DNA of 52,876 nt, counting the filler, from Sphacelaria rigidula (taxonomy: Eukaryota), in assembly GCA_964200075.2 (NCBI GenBank). It is 4 parts of 4 records of this genome, joined end to end, with 100 filler letters (N's around TTAATTAATTAA, not from the genome) between each part and the next. Parts side by side here need not be neighbours in the genome. Positions count along the whole stretch, not along the records: positions 1 to 13,146 come from CAXNAA020003116.1; positions 13,247 to 26,391 come from CAXNAA020003117.1; 2 more parts are not named here. One strand, written 5' to 3'. The number at the start of each line of letters is the position of its first letter. Within the stretch, counting starts at the first letter, position 1. The notes under the pieces are model-generated. The model made no database searches, was not told the DNA's origin, and saw only the letters and a program-made list of their open reading frames with translations. This document shows, one piece after another, positions 12,611 through 26,491 of this stretch. The translations under genes and the position numbers were made by a program.

Positions 12611-13146
12611 AGGCATATAAGTAATAGCGTGAAGGTTGACCACCTTACATGAAAACTGAGAATACAAGCGATGTAACAAGTACGGATAGGGTAGGGTCGT
12701 GACCCCCTCCACGTTAAGTTCATATAGAGGTTGGGGTCTCGTGGGGAGATACCAGTGACACATTAGAGGCTTCCAGTGGGCGATGAAAATCTGGTCAGCC
12801 GATTTATTGAAATTTCCGACATTAGGTGCAAACGGTGCCTAAAGAAGGGAAGGGATGGGTGATGCATGACATTAACGTCAAGACCTGCTGCACTCATGAA
12901 ACAAACACCTTACGAATGATCGACTTCATGACCTACGAGACGGAGCACCAAGTGGTACGTAAACTCCTTGAGATCTTGAAGGATAGAAGATGGTACAAAG
13001 TGTAGGAATCGTTGACCAAGCTTTCGGCATTGAAGGTCTACTCGGAAGCAACAGTGGAGTAGCGACCCATGGTGAATCGTACACGGAGTGGAAGAGTGAT
13101 GTACGGGACATCCCGGTGTGAGTAAGACCTTGTGTTATGCAAGCCG

Positions 13147-13246
13147 NNNNNNNNNNNNNNNNNNNNNNNNNNNNNNNNNNNNNNNNNNNNTTAATTAATT
13201 AANNNNNNNNNNNNNNNNNNNNNNNNNNNNNNNNNNNNNNNNNNNN
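13147..13246. other. Artificial contig spacer (N44-TTAATTAATTAA-N44)
   Basis: Exactly 100 bp with a stop-in-all-six-frames linker at 13191-13202; identical to the two other spacers. Confidence 0.97.
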
Positions 13247-13660
13247 GTGTACTCATGATCATGCTTGCCATAGTCATCAGACCATTGACCTCGCATTATA
13301 GGGGGGGGGGGGAGGGGCTCATTTATTGCTTGCCTTAGTCGATTGACCATTGACCGCGCATTCCTGTCGAGTCTGGGCGGGGGGAAGAGGCGGTTCCACT
13401 TTCACCTGTCGATGCCTCGTGCTTGCCCACGACAATCATATCTCTGCAGAGGTTGATCGTTAGTAGGGCTGTGTCTCCATAGCATTTGACGACATTACGT
13501 GTGTTGCCAGATCGGCGCAGCCAACCCGGCAACTGCGGACCAAGAGTTCACGCTCGAGGCGGATTTCTAAACTTCGGCTAGATTCTTTGAGGTAGCACGT
13601 GATTGTATCCGGGTGTCGGTCTTTATTCCAAAGACGCACGAATAGAAGCAGGAGAGATGG
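13247..13660 (-). mobile_element. Two stacked LINE 3' ends (families B and A) plus a degraded upstream body
   Basis: Reverse strand reads ...GGTCAATGGTCAATCGACTAAGGCAAGCAATAAATGAG-C-run-TATAATGCGAGGTCAATGGTCTGATGACTATGGCAAGCATGATCATGAGTACAC. Confidence 0.65.
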
Positions 13661-14623
13661 TGTAGGGGCGGGTGTTGTGTACATCTTCTTACTTTAGTAC
13701 TGGGCATCTGATGCGGACGACTTTGTGTTCACAGGCCAACTGCTCAGAGTATGGTGCCACTTTATCGCGTAATATGCGTGGGTGCACGTTGAGACGCCAG
13801 GTCAGGGCGCAAACCTGGTGAGGTAATTATCCATTGGATGGACAGTGACCGCTGCATCGCAGCTCTATAGCCGGTAAACTGGAAACTGGCTATAGCGGTG
13901 CCAATTACCGATCCGATCAGATAAATCGCATCTGTTCGACATATCGCTAACCCTTTGAGGACTATGCAGCGGCAGCTGCTGCTGCTGCTGCAGTCGGAGA
14001 GGCGTACTGCACTGTACTGTACTGTATGTAAGTGCGCCGCAACACCCATACCCTTCGAGGAGAATTTGCCGCTTGCAACAAGGGGGGAAATGGCGGCCCA
14101 CCCCGACCACAGAATGCTGTGTGGCAAAGTGATGGAGACAATAATATCATCCAAAGCCACAAGTGGCGGGCGGCCCGCCGGTCGCCGCATCCTGTTGAAA
14201 GCTCTCTACGGCGACCCATACTGCTTGCTGCATCATATGTACATTACCTAGTGCACATCCTGCACCTGGAAATAGATTGGATAAACCTTTCGGCCTTCCC
14301 CATAACCCTGCGGTTACGTACGCAGATTTTCAGCAACATGCCACTGTTTCGTGCAGACGCCAGACACGTCATTCCTAACCAGCCTCATGGGTCTTCCTCG
14401 AGGCCTGGTCCCGAAGAGGTTAATATTGGTACCAAATACGAGTCCTCAACCATAATCGTTGGTATTTTTATGGCCAACATCATGACAACATGCCAAAAAT
14501 AATCCATTGCGTCCGAGGGGGGGAAAGGGGGGGGGGGGGGGGGGGAACCCATTTTTTTTTTGCCCCCCGTTGTGGCCCAAGACCCCCACAACCTTTNNNN
14601 NNNNNNTCAAGGGGAAGGGGGGG

Positions 14624-14664
<41 letters not shown>

Positions 14665-14918
14665 GAACCATGTGTTGCTTGCCTCAGTCGTTCGGCCATG
14701 GACCACGCAACCTTTTCGAGACGGAGCGCCGTTCCTACTCAAAATATAGAGGGGGCGAGTTGAGGGTTCGCAGGAAAATTGAGGCGAATATTGTTGTCGG
14801 CCTGGTTCAAGTTTCGTGATGAAATGCGCAGAAGACATAGATTGCATGAAAGCTACCTGTGGCTAGACCGCAACGTGACGTACACCTAGAGTTGCCGCTT
14901 CTGCCCGCTCGTTCCCAC

Positions 14919-15163
14919 CTCTTCGGCCTTCAGCTGTAACTCGAGCTTCGCCATCAGCTCCACTTGCTTGTCCCGCTCAAACTCTGCGCGTCGTTGCTCG
15001 GAATGATTCTGCAATATTCTAGACAGTTCCGCCCTGCCCCTCTCGGCTGCGCCTTCCATGTCCAGCACTTGCCGAAGAACCTGTTTTGTATCACCGCATT
15101 GTGGCATTCTCTTGTTTTCCATAATAATCGCCGGAGACAAAACAGAACTACGCAAATCGTCAT
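14919..15163 (-). CDS. Probable exon of an unknown coiled-coil protein (DDLRSSVLSPAIIMENKR...AKLELQLKAEE)
   Basis: E/R/Q/L-rich helical frame, donor GAG|GTGGGA at 14918; 5' end is either the AAG acceptor at 15164 or ATG at 15122. Confidence 0.55.
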
Positions 15164-18100
15164 CTTCGGCGTGAGAGGGGATGCGATTGGCCGCAAGATC
15201 AATCGTTGGGAATAATATGGTTTAGCTCAACAATACCGCATCAGTCAGGAATTGGAGACCACAGAATTCAGGGTAATGATCAGTTGTTGTTTTTTTTGAC
15301 AGTCCGATTTGTTCCACTCCTTAGTCCATTTTCTTCATTTTTCTCTTGTTCATTATCTTCTTTCTCCACTTTCCCGTAGCAACTTTTCCCGCTTTTGTCA
15401 ACCCTTATGGAACCGTTGATGGAAAATTGACGATTTACATTTGACGTTTTTTCGGGCAAGAAATGGTTACTTTTCTACAGCCTTCAAGCAAACGATTCGC
15501 CCAAAGCGTGTTTTTCAGACCCGTGCGAATGGAACGTGGGAGAAGAGAAGGTTATTCATTTTACGGGTATGACGAATTGTTCGACCCGTCTGTGTTTCGT
15601 AACCCCCGCCAGAGTGCATGGCTAACCTTTCGTGTTGCGTGTTGCAGTAGATGCTTCGTGCCGCATCATAGCGAGCCTGCGCCTAAGTTGCAATAACAAA
15701 GGCGACGCCGACGGCACATTTACCTCACTTATGCCCGCGTCTACTGTCTGTATTCGGAGACCGTCAGGCCCTGTGGGGATGCGTTTACCTACTCCTCTGT
15801 ACTGCGTGTGATCATGATATTTTCAGCTTATTTCAAGTGTAAACTCACGTCATGTGCGTTACAGTACTCCGTCGTGCGCGTTTATACGGCACCAAACTGC
15901 GGTTTGGTCATTCCATAACGGCGACGAGGGTGCCATGTACCCCGCCGTTATACATGCTCCTGGTGCAGCGTAGGCGGGGGCCGTTACTTTGGCATATCCG
16001 ATACAGGCTGTCATTTCGTAGGCTGTGATCTTACCGCATATCTCATCCTCCTCTTCTTGCTGTACGTTTTCACGACACCACCTCTAAAATGCGGGTTAAT
16101 CTTGCCTGAACGTTGCACGGCCCCACTTTGTGCTCCGTGAGGTGCATTACTGCGGCTTGCGCTATCGCGTTCGGACCGTCTGTCCTCGTGGGCGGCGTTG
16201 GGGATTCGTACCATCATGTTACACACCTTCTGTCTTCTTGCATCGAAGACCGCAACACCGTTATTCAGTTATACCGGACTGTAGTGAAGTGTGCATACTG
16301 CCTGCACTCGTAGTTGTACTTGGGTTAGGCTGGTTGCGAAAGGCTGTCCCGGTCGGTTGTCGGCGGTTTGCCAGTATGTCGCCTGTCTTGACGCCGGCAA
16401 TCACGTCCACCTAGTTTCTTCCACATAATCCTGTGTGCCTCGCAGCGTTTTCTCTTGCTGCGGTTACTGTGTTCACGTTCGATAAGCGAGCGGAGGGGGC
16501 AGTGTGCGCCGGGGGCAATGGGCTGCCTCAACCGCTCTTGCAGCTTTTTCAGCGAAACGCCTGGCAGCGTCCTGGCCGTTCTTCTCAGCCAACTCGTCCA
16601 GCTGAACGTGAATTGCATAGGGGTCGCTCCTCAGCGCTTCCACATGTGGCGACGGGATTTCCACGTGCTCCGTCATATCATTGCCGCCGGCCGTATAGTG
16701 TGGCTTCCTACGCTCGCCAAATGTTGATGATGCAGCCCACCGCAACGGTGCACTACTCTAAGTTCAAGTATTCTAATGTGACATATTGGTGCACCGAACT
16801 CGAGTTGAGGTATTTCACAGATTCTACTGACAAAAATCACATATATAGGAGTTTGTGCTGTTGTGCAAGAGTTATGTCGATGCACACAATTGGACACACT
16901 TCGCCCGTCGCGTGATATCATTGGACAAACCCAACCCGACCGCTCAGGGGTTTCATTTTCGGTACACCCATGACGTGTGCGTTTGGAGTCTCCTTTGGTC
17001 TTAGACAGAAAAAATGGTTGCCGTCGGTCTTTCCTGTTTCCATATTTTCTTCTTTGTCAGAGCTTCTGAAAATGAGGCGTCTGGCCTGGGGACGGGAGGG
17101 AAGGGTTCCAAAAGGGTTAACCCTGGGAACGTACGTCTATCTCTTGTCTAATGACCGCTGTATTCGGAGCGGGATGTGTGATAATCGATCAAGATCAAAC
17201 AATCATTTCATCAGGGGTGATGCTGCAGATGAGCTGCTGACGGTAATAGTGCTCCGAAAAACGGATACATTGCTCCGAACAGAGATGTACCGCGCAGGGG
17301 ATTAATGGAGCTACCTTTTGTCGTAGATAGTAGGACGCACAAATGTCATGAACCATGTAAGTCGTTCGTCATGCACGGAGGCGTCCTGCCACACGTATTG
17401 CTGCTGCACGTGGAGTATGACATGCTGTGACGTCCTCCAATCATGTGCGCTCCAGTACTGTCAGGATAACTGGTACCCTGGGAAAGTAACGTCCATCAAA
17501 GTTCCCGCCCCGCAAACCTAAGCTCTGTTCGTTGTGTGCATACTCGCTGCTGACATCTGAAAATTTACCTTGATGTAAGCAGGTGATTGCATGCGGAAAT
17601 ATCCACAACTATACAGCACCCCCCCGTGGTGCTGATCAGATGTTCCCAAGAGAAGGCCAAAATCGGGGGGGGGGGGATGTAGTATGCAGAATAGATTTCT
17701 GTGAAGAAGAAATAAAAAGGAATGCAAAAACGCTCTCTGGTGGGGGAAAATACCACATCCTGGATGATGACGATAGATTGTATTGTCAAAACGTGTACTG
17801 CGTACAGTATCGACTGTAGCGTCTGTTGCTACAGACAATAAATTCCATACTGTACGCTGTACACTTTTGGACAATGTCATCTGTTGTCCAGGCTGTGAAC
17901 CATACATGCAGCAACACGAGAAAATCGAGTGCAACAGGCTCATCAGCGGAAGTCGAGGATGCCCCTCATTTGACCACAACGCAAGCGGTAATCACGAAGC
18001 CGAACAAACGTGACAAGATCGCGCAAAAGTTGAAGAAGAGTACACCGTAACCCTATACAAGCCAACACCCCAATCATCTCGTGTAATGGGGTTAATTCAT

Positions 18101-19015
18101 AATATTGATTTTTCAGCAGCCCCCACGTGCGATCTTACTCGGAGCTTCTTCGCGACATGTGAGGCTCTGTCGGCTCTTCTAAACATCGATAAAGCAAAAT
18201 TAAGTGAATCGCCACAACCGTATGATGGCCCGTCGAAACACGGACTATGGTGTGAAGGGTACACCTACTCTTTTATATTTATACTGCAAGCGCCTCCACA
18301 CAGCTCCACACAGTGCAGCCCCCCCCTCGCAATCTATTGTTGCAGTGCCAGGACTCTCACAAGCTTCCATTGTCGGTGAATACTGGAGGAGAACAATGAT
18401 TCCCAACGGCAGATGGGAATGTATTACTACCCAGTGGGGGTCCGTGCCACTGAAGTGAGCTAGATTGCCAACTTCGAACGATCGCACTATTTGGGGACTC
18501 CGCACTGTCCAGGGATAGCCTGCAATTGCTTGACATGTGCATGTGAGTGGATCGAACTCAAGACATGTGGGTATGATCGCACTGTAGTGGGACGCGCTCT
18601 GGATATATAACTGCACTTTACTAGCGGTGTCCTGTCCAGTCCTGTCCAGTCCTGCACCCATCATCTTTCGGCGCGGCAAGCCCGTGAACATGCGCTACTG
18701 CTGGTGCTGCTGCCGCGGAACAACGTTGCCATTAGATAGCCGGTAGGGGGGCAGTGTGAGCTCTCGTCGTGTGCAGGCAATCTGCCGGGGCGAGAGCGGT
18801 ACTTGTCCGTTGTCCGTGTTTGTATGTGCGAGGGCTGTGTTTCCCCACACCCTCAGCGGGTTTGCGGAGGAGCAGGGCAAATTGGTTTGCTCCAGTATCT
18901 TGCAGTGTCTCGTAGTGCATTGTACGCCGAAAAACAAACAAACGAGAATCGAAGATGACCCTGAAAATAATCGGCCGCGAAGACGAGTCTGTTGCATTGG
19001 CATTAGGGTCTACGC

Positions 19016-19047
<32 letters not shown>

Positions 19048-19335
19048 GTTGGTTGGATGGATGGTTGATTGGTTGGATGGTTGATTGGTTGGATGGTTGA
19101 TTGATTGATTGATTGATTTCGGTTGGTCGATTGATTGATTGATTGGTTGGTTGGTTGGTTGGTTGACTGATCGATTAATTGATTGATTGATCGAATGGTT
19201 GATACGACTTATACGGTTGATTGATTGATCGATTGATTGCTTAATTGATTTATTTGTTATGGATTGATTGTCGCGCATTAACTGATCCCCGAGGGACTCA
19301 GCCGTTTTGCCCAAAGTCAACAAAACTGACAATAC
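19016..19335 (-). repeat. RTE 3' end with greatly expanded (AATC/AACC)n tail
   Basis: (GATT/GGTT)n over about 250 bp abutting TGTCGCGCATTAACTGATCCCCGAGGGACTCAGCCG. Confidence 0.8.
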
Positions 19336-21729
19336 TGAAGAGAATTTGAGAGAAAGGATGGATAAGGAAATAAAGGAAGAAAGAAAGAAAGAAAGAAGGA
19401 TAGGATAGGGTACGATAAAAAGTAGGAATCATGAAAAGACAACATACCCTAGACAATGACGACGGAAAACACTGGGGAAAAGTGTACTTCGAACATTATA
19501 CTGTCTACAACAAAAGGCAAGAGATTCAATACTGGACGCAGTACATTTTCTGCCGATGTAACATCTTGTCCGGGATGTTAAAAAAAAAAAAACGGAATAA
19601 GGAATGGAAGCGAAACGAGAAAGACAACAGAAACTTCAAGATGGGTGTATAACAGAGTCGATCCCGGTGAAGGGCAATAGCATGATAGAAGTGAGGGACA
19701 ATAATGATGACGATAACAACAACAACAATAACATTTACTAATGGGGAGCCACGGCTGACGCGCGTGGCAACAGTGCTGAACGTATCAGCGCCACGGGTGT
19801 CGCACGCGTGGAGGTTTGAACGAAATGGCAAAAACAAAAAGTGAGCCTGACATCAACCATAATTAATCAATATGAGCTGATAAGGACTTTTTTCACGCTT
19901 GTTGACACAGTACCTGGTAAGAACATTTGTGCTTCCTCGTCGTGTTTTCGTGTTGTCCACAGGGATTGACAAAATATAGCGTTGTCTGGTACTGATGATC
20001 ATTTTCCATTTCACTGGATTCTCAATGAAAAATATACCCGATTCCAGACAAGGACGTAACGAGCATGACCGCACGGCTAACCGTTACCACTACAAAAGGA
20101 AAAAGGAAGACTCACCGTTAGGGACCCTTATGGGAGGGAGGAGGAGGGTTAGACTCCGAAAAGTATCTGGGCTGTACGACGACATTCAACCGACCATAGA
20201 TCACTATTATTAATTTCCTTGGATACACTTGATCATAGAATACGTCCTCAACATGGCGAAATCGTGCGGTATGGCGACGCCCTCCCCATACAGACGCCGC
20301 ATACAACTCCACGCCGCTGACACATCCCGGGGCTGGACCTTTTTTTTTCGGGTGTTTTTCAAGCTCGCCGTCGAAACCGGTGAAGATGGGTAATTTTTCA
20401 GAGTTTTTTGCTGAGCGCGGGATGTGCCCTGAAAAAAAGGTGGCGACCCGGTTCGTTCAGATCGTAGCACAGAACGCAAACAAGAGCGCTCTGATCGCAC
20501 ACGTCGCCGAGAGGAACTGGAGTGTTAAACTCGGCCTCTCAAAGTAATCTCTCGACCAATCCGCCGTCCTCAACAAAAGCAAATGAGGAATAAGCACAGA
20601 CAGGGAACCAAGAGGACATTGGTTTCCGCCGGGTCGCCAAGTTCACCGACTCGGAAGTTACCGGTGACGGTTGCGTTCGGACATGATAGGCACCATGTCA
20701 TGGGCTATGAAACCGGGCCGTCGGATTCAAGATGTGCGACTTGTTCAGGCTTGAGCTCCGTATCCGCGCATGAAGTTTAGCTTAGTTTGATTTGTTTTTA
20801 GCTTAAATAAGCTTTTGTTTTTCAAAGGTTATAATGAGCGTATAAGCGCGACAATCAATCAATCAATCATATGCTTGAAACGCGCATGAAGGGGCGATGG
20901 ATTTTCATGCGCCTCCTGGAGCCACTGTAGTAGCTGTCCGCAAGTGCTCCATGTGGGGCGACTCGTCACCAGACAGGTCGGCAGGCTTCCGGCTTCAATA
21001 TTTCAAACTTCGATACTCGTGTTTCGTGTTCCTCTTTCGGTGCGGGTCTGATCAGAGAAGCGTTCGACATTATATTCTATACACGTGGGGTGGTAGGTTG
21101 TTTTCAAAAAAAGTGATCGGCTGCACGTTTTCCAAGTCTTTTTCACGTTGATTGTAAGCAGAGAGAACAGATCGTCCTGCGCTGTCTGTGTTGCACGTTG
21201 CCTGCTTTTCTTTCACACCCTACTGTACGAAACACGCACACACACCCAGGCACACTGTATGCAAACAGTGCAGAGAGTGCAGACTATACTGTTCAAGAGC
21301 GACCAAGTACCGCTTAACGAATTCTACCTTCTTCTTTTTTTTCGATTAAAAACCTCAAAAATTTGCATTGACCGAACTCGAAAAAAATCGCCCCTTTTTT
21401 CGATCGAAGAAAAATATATGCTGAGACACGCCCTCACACAATGCCTCCGGTGAATCAAGTATCATGGTTTGAAAAGCGCCGCGGCTTGTGTACCCAGCTG
21501 GACGGGGAATCCAAGGAAGAGAGAACGTGGTGCGCACCGAGACAGACAACATCTAGGTGTCTGTATTATGCTCTTCTGTTCGTTCGTTGTGTCGTACTTT
21601 GTAAATACTATTATACTGTACCCTGCATGATGTACCACCTTGGGACTGCACTGTCGTGTACTACCTACTGTATTGCTGCACTGACCACCGTTCGAGTCGT
21701 CAAATCTGCGTTGTACTGTGTACGAGCCA

Positions 21730-22150
21730 GTCGCCCCGGTGGCTCAGTTGGTAACCTCGAAACCTTCTGACGATTGGGTCGTGGGTTCGAACCTCCGAGC
21801 GATCTGGGATTTTTTCTCACACCATGCCCGACAGTGGAGAGCGACCATGTCGTGGGCACACAAAAATCGACTCAACGGTCGACGAGGGAAAGAGAGTGCT
21901 GAACCCCTCCCGCGATAAAAAAAGACAGGCACCGCAGAAGGAAGGTGGGGTTTGATTGATTTTTCTTGATTGTCGCACTTTTACTGACCCCCCAGGGGTC
22001 CAGCAGTGGTCTCATGATGATACTAAAACAAATAAAAATAAAAAAACGTTCCTGTGTTGACCTTCCTCCTGTGTGACCCCGGCTGGTGCGCCCACATATA
22101 CCGAAAGATGTAGATCGGCGTCCAGAATATATGGGACGACAACACATACA
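21730..22150 (+). mobile_element. tRNA-derived SINE, interrupted by an antisense RTE 3' end (about 21952-22045)
   Basis: Pol III A box TGGCTCAGTTGG (21740-21751) and B box GGTTCGAACC (21784-21793) followed by a non-tRNA body; imperfect flanking duplication ACTGTGTACGAGCCA / ACTGTGTACCGGCTA. Confidence 0.75.
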
Positions 22151-24979
22151 CTGTGTACCGGCTACCGCAATTTTTTCTGGGGCTCAATCCTTCAGTCTGT
22201 ATGCCATGTCCCATGCATCTGCATGTACCATTCACGAAGTGTCCTTGAACCCTACAGTCACAGCGGTGTGAAACAGACGGTGCCGACAACGCCGTCGCAA
22301 AATTCACCAGCTTGGTACTGTACTGCACTGTTGCACTGTTGCACTGACCACCGTTCGAGTCAGCCGTGAAGTCTGCATCGTAACCAGCCGAACTGTACTG
22401 TGTGAACCGGCTATCGCATTTTCTTTTCCCGGGCCTGTCTGTTCAGTTTGTATGGCATGCCCTATGCATCTGCATGTACCATAGACGAAGTGTCCTTGAA
22501 TCCTACAGTCAAAACGGTGTACAACAACGGACAGAGCCGATAGCACCGCCGCGACATGAGAGGCTGCCTCTCGACCAGCCTACAAATGGCTGCATACCCC
22601 GTTTTGTGTCTTAAAAGTGCAGCCTGTACGTGTACCTTAGTACACTGGGTTTTTCCGTTGTGTTTCACAACAACCATACTCGTAGCTGGCTGGACTTCGG
22701 CTGGAACGGCGGTGAGTACAACAGTATAGTACAGCACAGTGCCGAGATGGTACAGCACGGTAGAGCAGTATTTACCACCGTGAAAGTACAGGCTGTACCA
22801 ACGCAGATACTCGTGACGCTCTCAGATTCATTCCTAAATGGGCTTTTGAATTGAAAAACACTGGCGCAGGATCGGCCACGATGACAGGTGTGGGTGGGTC
22901 CTACCTTTTGTGCGTTTACTATTCAGCACCCATCCGCTGCGGTAAAGCTTTTTGCTCGATTCAAATGTCAACACCCATATTCGGATAGTCGGATATTCGG
23001 TGGAGTCCGAAGTCCTCCTGGCGTGCATAGAACGCGATTTCTACGTGAGCGCCAATTTGAGGTCTGCCAACTCCACACTTTACCTGGCGAACACTCTGCA
23101 GCCCCGTCGCCGGAGGGTTCTCCGTATGCGTTGATGGAACATTGACGGCTCGCAAAATTAAGAGGTGGCCTTACGCTATGCACATCATTCATGCCGATTC
23201 ATCGCAGATGACTCACACTGCACCCGCTTGGGTCCTGACGAAAAAACACAAAACTGACTTTCTGGGAACACGGGTGATTGTTCCGCGGTCGGAGACGGGT
23301 CTGGGGATCCCAACGGGTGCGACTGAATCAGATGAATGAACGACGTTATACCTTCACAAACTAACCCGAGCAAACCCGCAGACATCCACAGCACAATTGA
23401 AACATACAGGACCGCATATTACAGTCGCCATAATAGTGTCTGTTCTAGTGCAGGCCACGCCCTCTACGGTGGCTTCTGTGCGGCTGGGTGCACAAGCATC
23501 AGCGTTTTCGTTTCATAATTTGTCAGAATGCATTTATACATGACGCATGGAGAGAAGCACAAAAATTATTCCGACTCAGATATCTTGACTTGCTCCACGG
23601 CTCTCGGAACCTCGCAGCGAACAGCTGCACTCAACAGAACCAACGAACAGAAGCGCATAATACCATCTCAGTGATATGTTGCCTGTTCCAGCACACGGCA
23701 CGCGCTCCACCTTGGGTTCACTGCACAGCTGGGTACACAAGCGTCATCGTTTGTCTCTTCGTAATTCGTGTACCTCTTTTGAGGATGCATCCGGAGTAAA
23801 ACATACTCGGAAAGTGGGTGTTGCAGTAGAGTTCACCACTTGGTAGGGGTTTGCTGGTCCGACTTGATTTTAGAACGGATTCCAAAAACCGATTTGTGAG
23901 GTATACTTCGTATATAAATATGTTGTGTTCAACCCTTTGACCGTCAAGGTGTGTCATCTATCATCTGCAGAGTCGGCATCATCTTCACTTCAACAGTGAA
24001 CATGAGAACCAGATCGCCAACCCTCGCGGTCAAGGCGTTGGTTAAAGCACTTGAAGATGAGGTATCAGCCCAGGCTATATCAGCGGTGTGAAGATGAATG
24101 CAGCCCGGATAGTGTTCGAAGTCCAACACTGTCCCTGGGTGCTGTACAATGTGCTTCAAATCTGAGAAGGGAAGTGACCTCCTTTCCAGGGAACGTCCGG
24201 CGCTCAGCACACAATATACAAGCCACTTTCAAACCCAAGGCGGGAGCAACCACCCGGTAGTAAGATGGCAGAGCGCTCGACAGCAGTGCACTACACTTTG
24301 TCGTCACACTTTTGGGGGTGGAATTTTCTTGTACTGGCGTACATCACGGTGCGTTCTACTGCATTCTAGCAGCATACCTACGTCGGACCCCGCGTTGCCC
24401 GATGGGTGTCCAGGGTTGGTGGCCGTGGTTCGTGACGCCAACAAAAAACACTGGATTGCTGTGTATGGATGCAGTGAGTAGTAGTGGTAGACTCCAGAAT
24501 ACGGGGTTTTGGTATTCATTGGGTACACAACCAATATGACTCTTAGATACTGGTCATCTTTCGGCCAGCTCGTGCGGGACGATTGAGAAGAGTCACAGTT
24601 TTCTCCTCCACAGTCCGAGCGTCTAGTCTAGTATAAAATACTATTCCTAAAAAGGACCGTTTTTTATTTGGATTGAGTATGGAAAAACCAGACACTAAAG
24701 TACTGTTCTATGTATGGACCGCAGAGACAATTAAGCTATTCATAACTAGGATAAAATGACAACAACATACACAAAAAATGGGGAGCTCCAGCTGCATGGC
24801 TTTAAGGGAAGAGGCCGTATATATGATAACTTTCCACTACATACGCCATCGTCTACCACTTATCAACCTCGAGCGAGGCCTTGTGGTTGTTCATCATCAC
24901 CGGACCCCAGAGGACAAGAAAGAAACACGCGATCACTGGTATGGTAAAAGTACGAGTCGCGATTTCCGCCCTCCTTTCA

Positions 24980-25740
24980 AGGGTTTGCGTCGAATGGCAA
25001 CAACGCTGTAAAACACGCCACTCCCTGGGTAAGCTAGATATCCAGGTTACCGTCTTGTTCTCGATTGCATTTCATTGCGGTAACCGTGATGGTGGTCGAG
25101 TTGGTTCATATTGTGCGCAAGGGGGATGACCTTACTTTCGATTGATCGATTGAGTGATTGTCGCACTGTAACTGATCCCCGAGGGGTCCAGCCGTGGTCT
25201 CACGATAGATGTACCCAACAAAAACGAATTCAAACACGCTCTGAGGAAGAAAAAAAAAGGAAGGAGCAGAGGGGAAAAAAAGGGGTCGAACAGAACCATA
25301 CAGCAGACTAAGTCGTGACAAAAAAAAAAAGTAATAAAAATTCAACACGAGCAAAGCGCAGAAAGAAATGGCCGACCTAAAGCAAGAAAAAGGAAAACAA
25401 GAGGAAAGTACAACTACAGCGTTAGAATGGTGAGACACCCATGAGGCAGTGTGAAACCCGTGGCTCTCTGGAAGTGGTAATACCAGAAAATGAAGCAACT
25501 CATTCGAGGCTGTCATCGATGCGCACGATAACCAGTACGCTTCGGGGCGAACAATCTCAACATGATGCAGCTCACCCCTCACACGACTCGCCGAACACAA
25601 CAAGGCGATTCGCGCTTCGTGATTGCGAGCCTGGTCCGGCGAAAACTGGGCGTGCTCCATTCCGGCTTTGTAGGGATGCGAGGTCAATGGTCTCAGGGCT
25701 ACGGCATGCAAGACCATGAGTACACCCCACCCACCCCCTC
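24980..25740 (+). mobile_element. LINE family-B 3' region interrupted by an antisense RTE 3'-UTR insertion (25140-25410)
   Basis: Homologous to 33373-33780 and 38450-38548; ends GGTCAATGGTCTCAGGGCTACGGCATGCAAGACCATGAGTACACCCCACCC. Confidence 0.7.
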
Positions 25741-25822
25741 CACGCCCTCCACCCTCAAAATGAACACATGACTTCCACAAAGAACTTGTATCAACCATCC
25801 ACACTTTCTGAAAAACGTTCAC

Positions 25823-25959
25823 CTCGTCAATCGGCTGTTGATTCTCATCTTCGTCCTCGTCTGACCCGTCTCTCCAAGCATCGGCCGCTCCCACCCCGCT
25901 GCCGCCGCGTGACGCTCGCGGTATCGCCGAATTGGACTCCAGCGCCTCCACTACCCAGT
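25823..25959 (-). CDS. Probable internal exon of an unknown gene (WVVEALESNSAIPR...DEDEDENQQPIDE)
   Basis: CCGCAG acceptor, GAG|GTGAAC donor, GC-rich coding-like composition; possibly the same gene as 14919-15163. Confidence 0.5.
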
Positions 25960-26314
25960 CTGCGGTTTGGTGTTTTTTATAACCACATTAGCCGTTTCAT
26001 TCAAAGCCGCGGTCGAGAGATGTCAGCTTCCGGGGTGCCACGCGTAAAGAACATTACTACTTTGGTCGAAGGTATCTCGCTGCAATGGCGAGCTACAGGC
26101 AGTACTGTCCCCACGCTGAAAAAACACACAATCAACGCATGATCTCAGGTGGGGAAAAACACCGGGGCAACGTCATACCAGCGAGCAACCAACCGTGGAA
26201 TCACTAGGACGAAGTAGTAGTACAGGTATAGATATCATCTACACAAGCACAACGTAAACGATACGCGCTGAGGCGACCAAAGGAGGAAGGAAAGAAAGAA
26301 AAGAGAAGGAAGCG

Positions 26315-26391
26315 TGCATGCATGCATGCATACATACATACATACATACATACATACATACATACATACATACATACATACATACATACAT
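26315..26391. repeat. (CATG)n(CATA)n microsatellite at contig end
   Basis: Direct reading; truncated by the spacer. Confidence 0.95.
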
Positions 26392-26491
26392 NNNNNNNNN
26401 NNNNNNNNNNNNNNNNNNNNNNNNNNNNNNNNNNNTTAATTAATTAANNNNNNNNNNNNNNNNNNNNNNNNNNNNNNNNNNNNNNNNNNNN
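26392..26491. other. Artificial contig spacer (N44-TTAATTAATTAA-N44)
   Basis: Identical 100-bp linker. Confidence 0.97.

Noticed and set aside
14500..14665. G-quadruplex or poly-Pro coding tract
   Set aside because: Homopolymer-rich, low-quality-looking sequence beside a 10-N gap; similar tracts at contig ends (39540-39634, 52815-52876), so run lengths are unreliable.
21733..21805. tRNA gene
   Set aside because: A and B boxes are present but the acceptor and anticodon stems do not pair, and the sequence continues into a SINE body with a target duplication.
25106..25951. 281-aa ORF
   Set aside because: Read-through of one short exon into two antisense repeat fragments.
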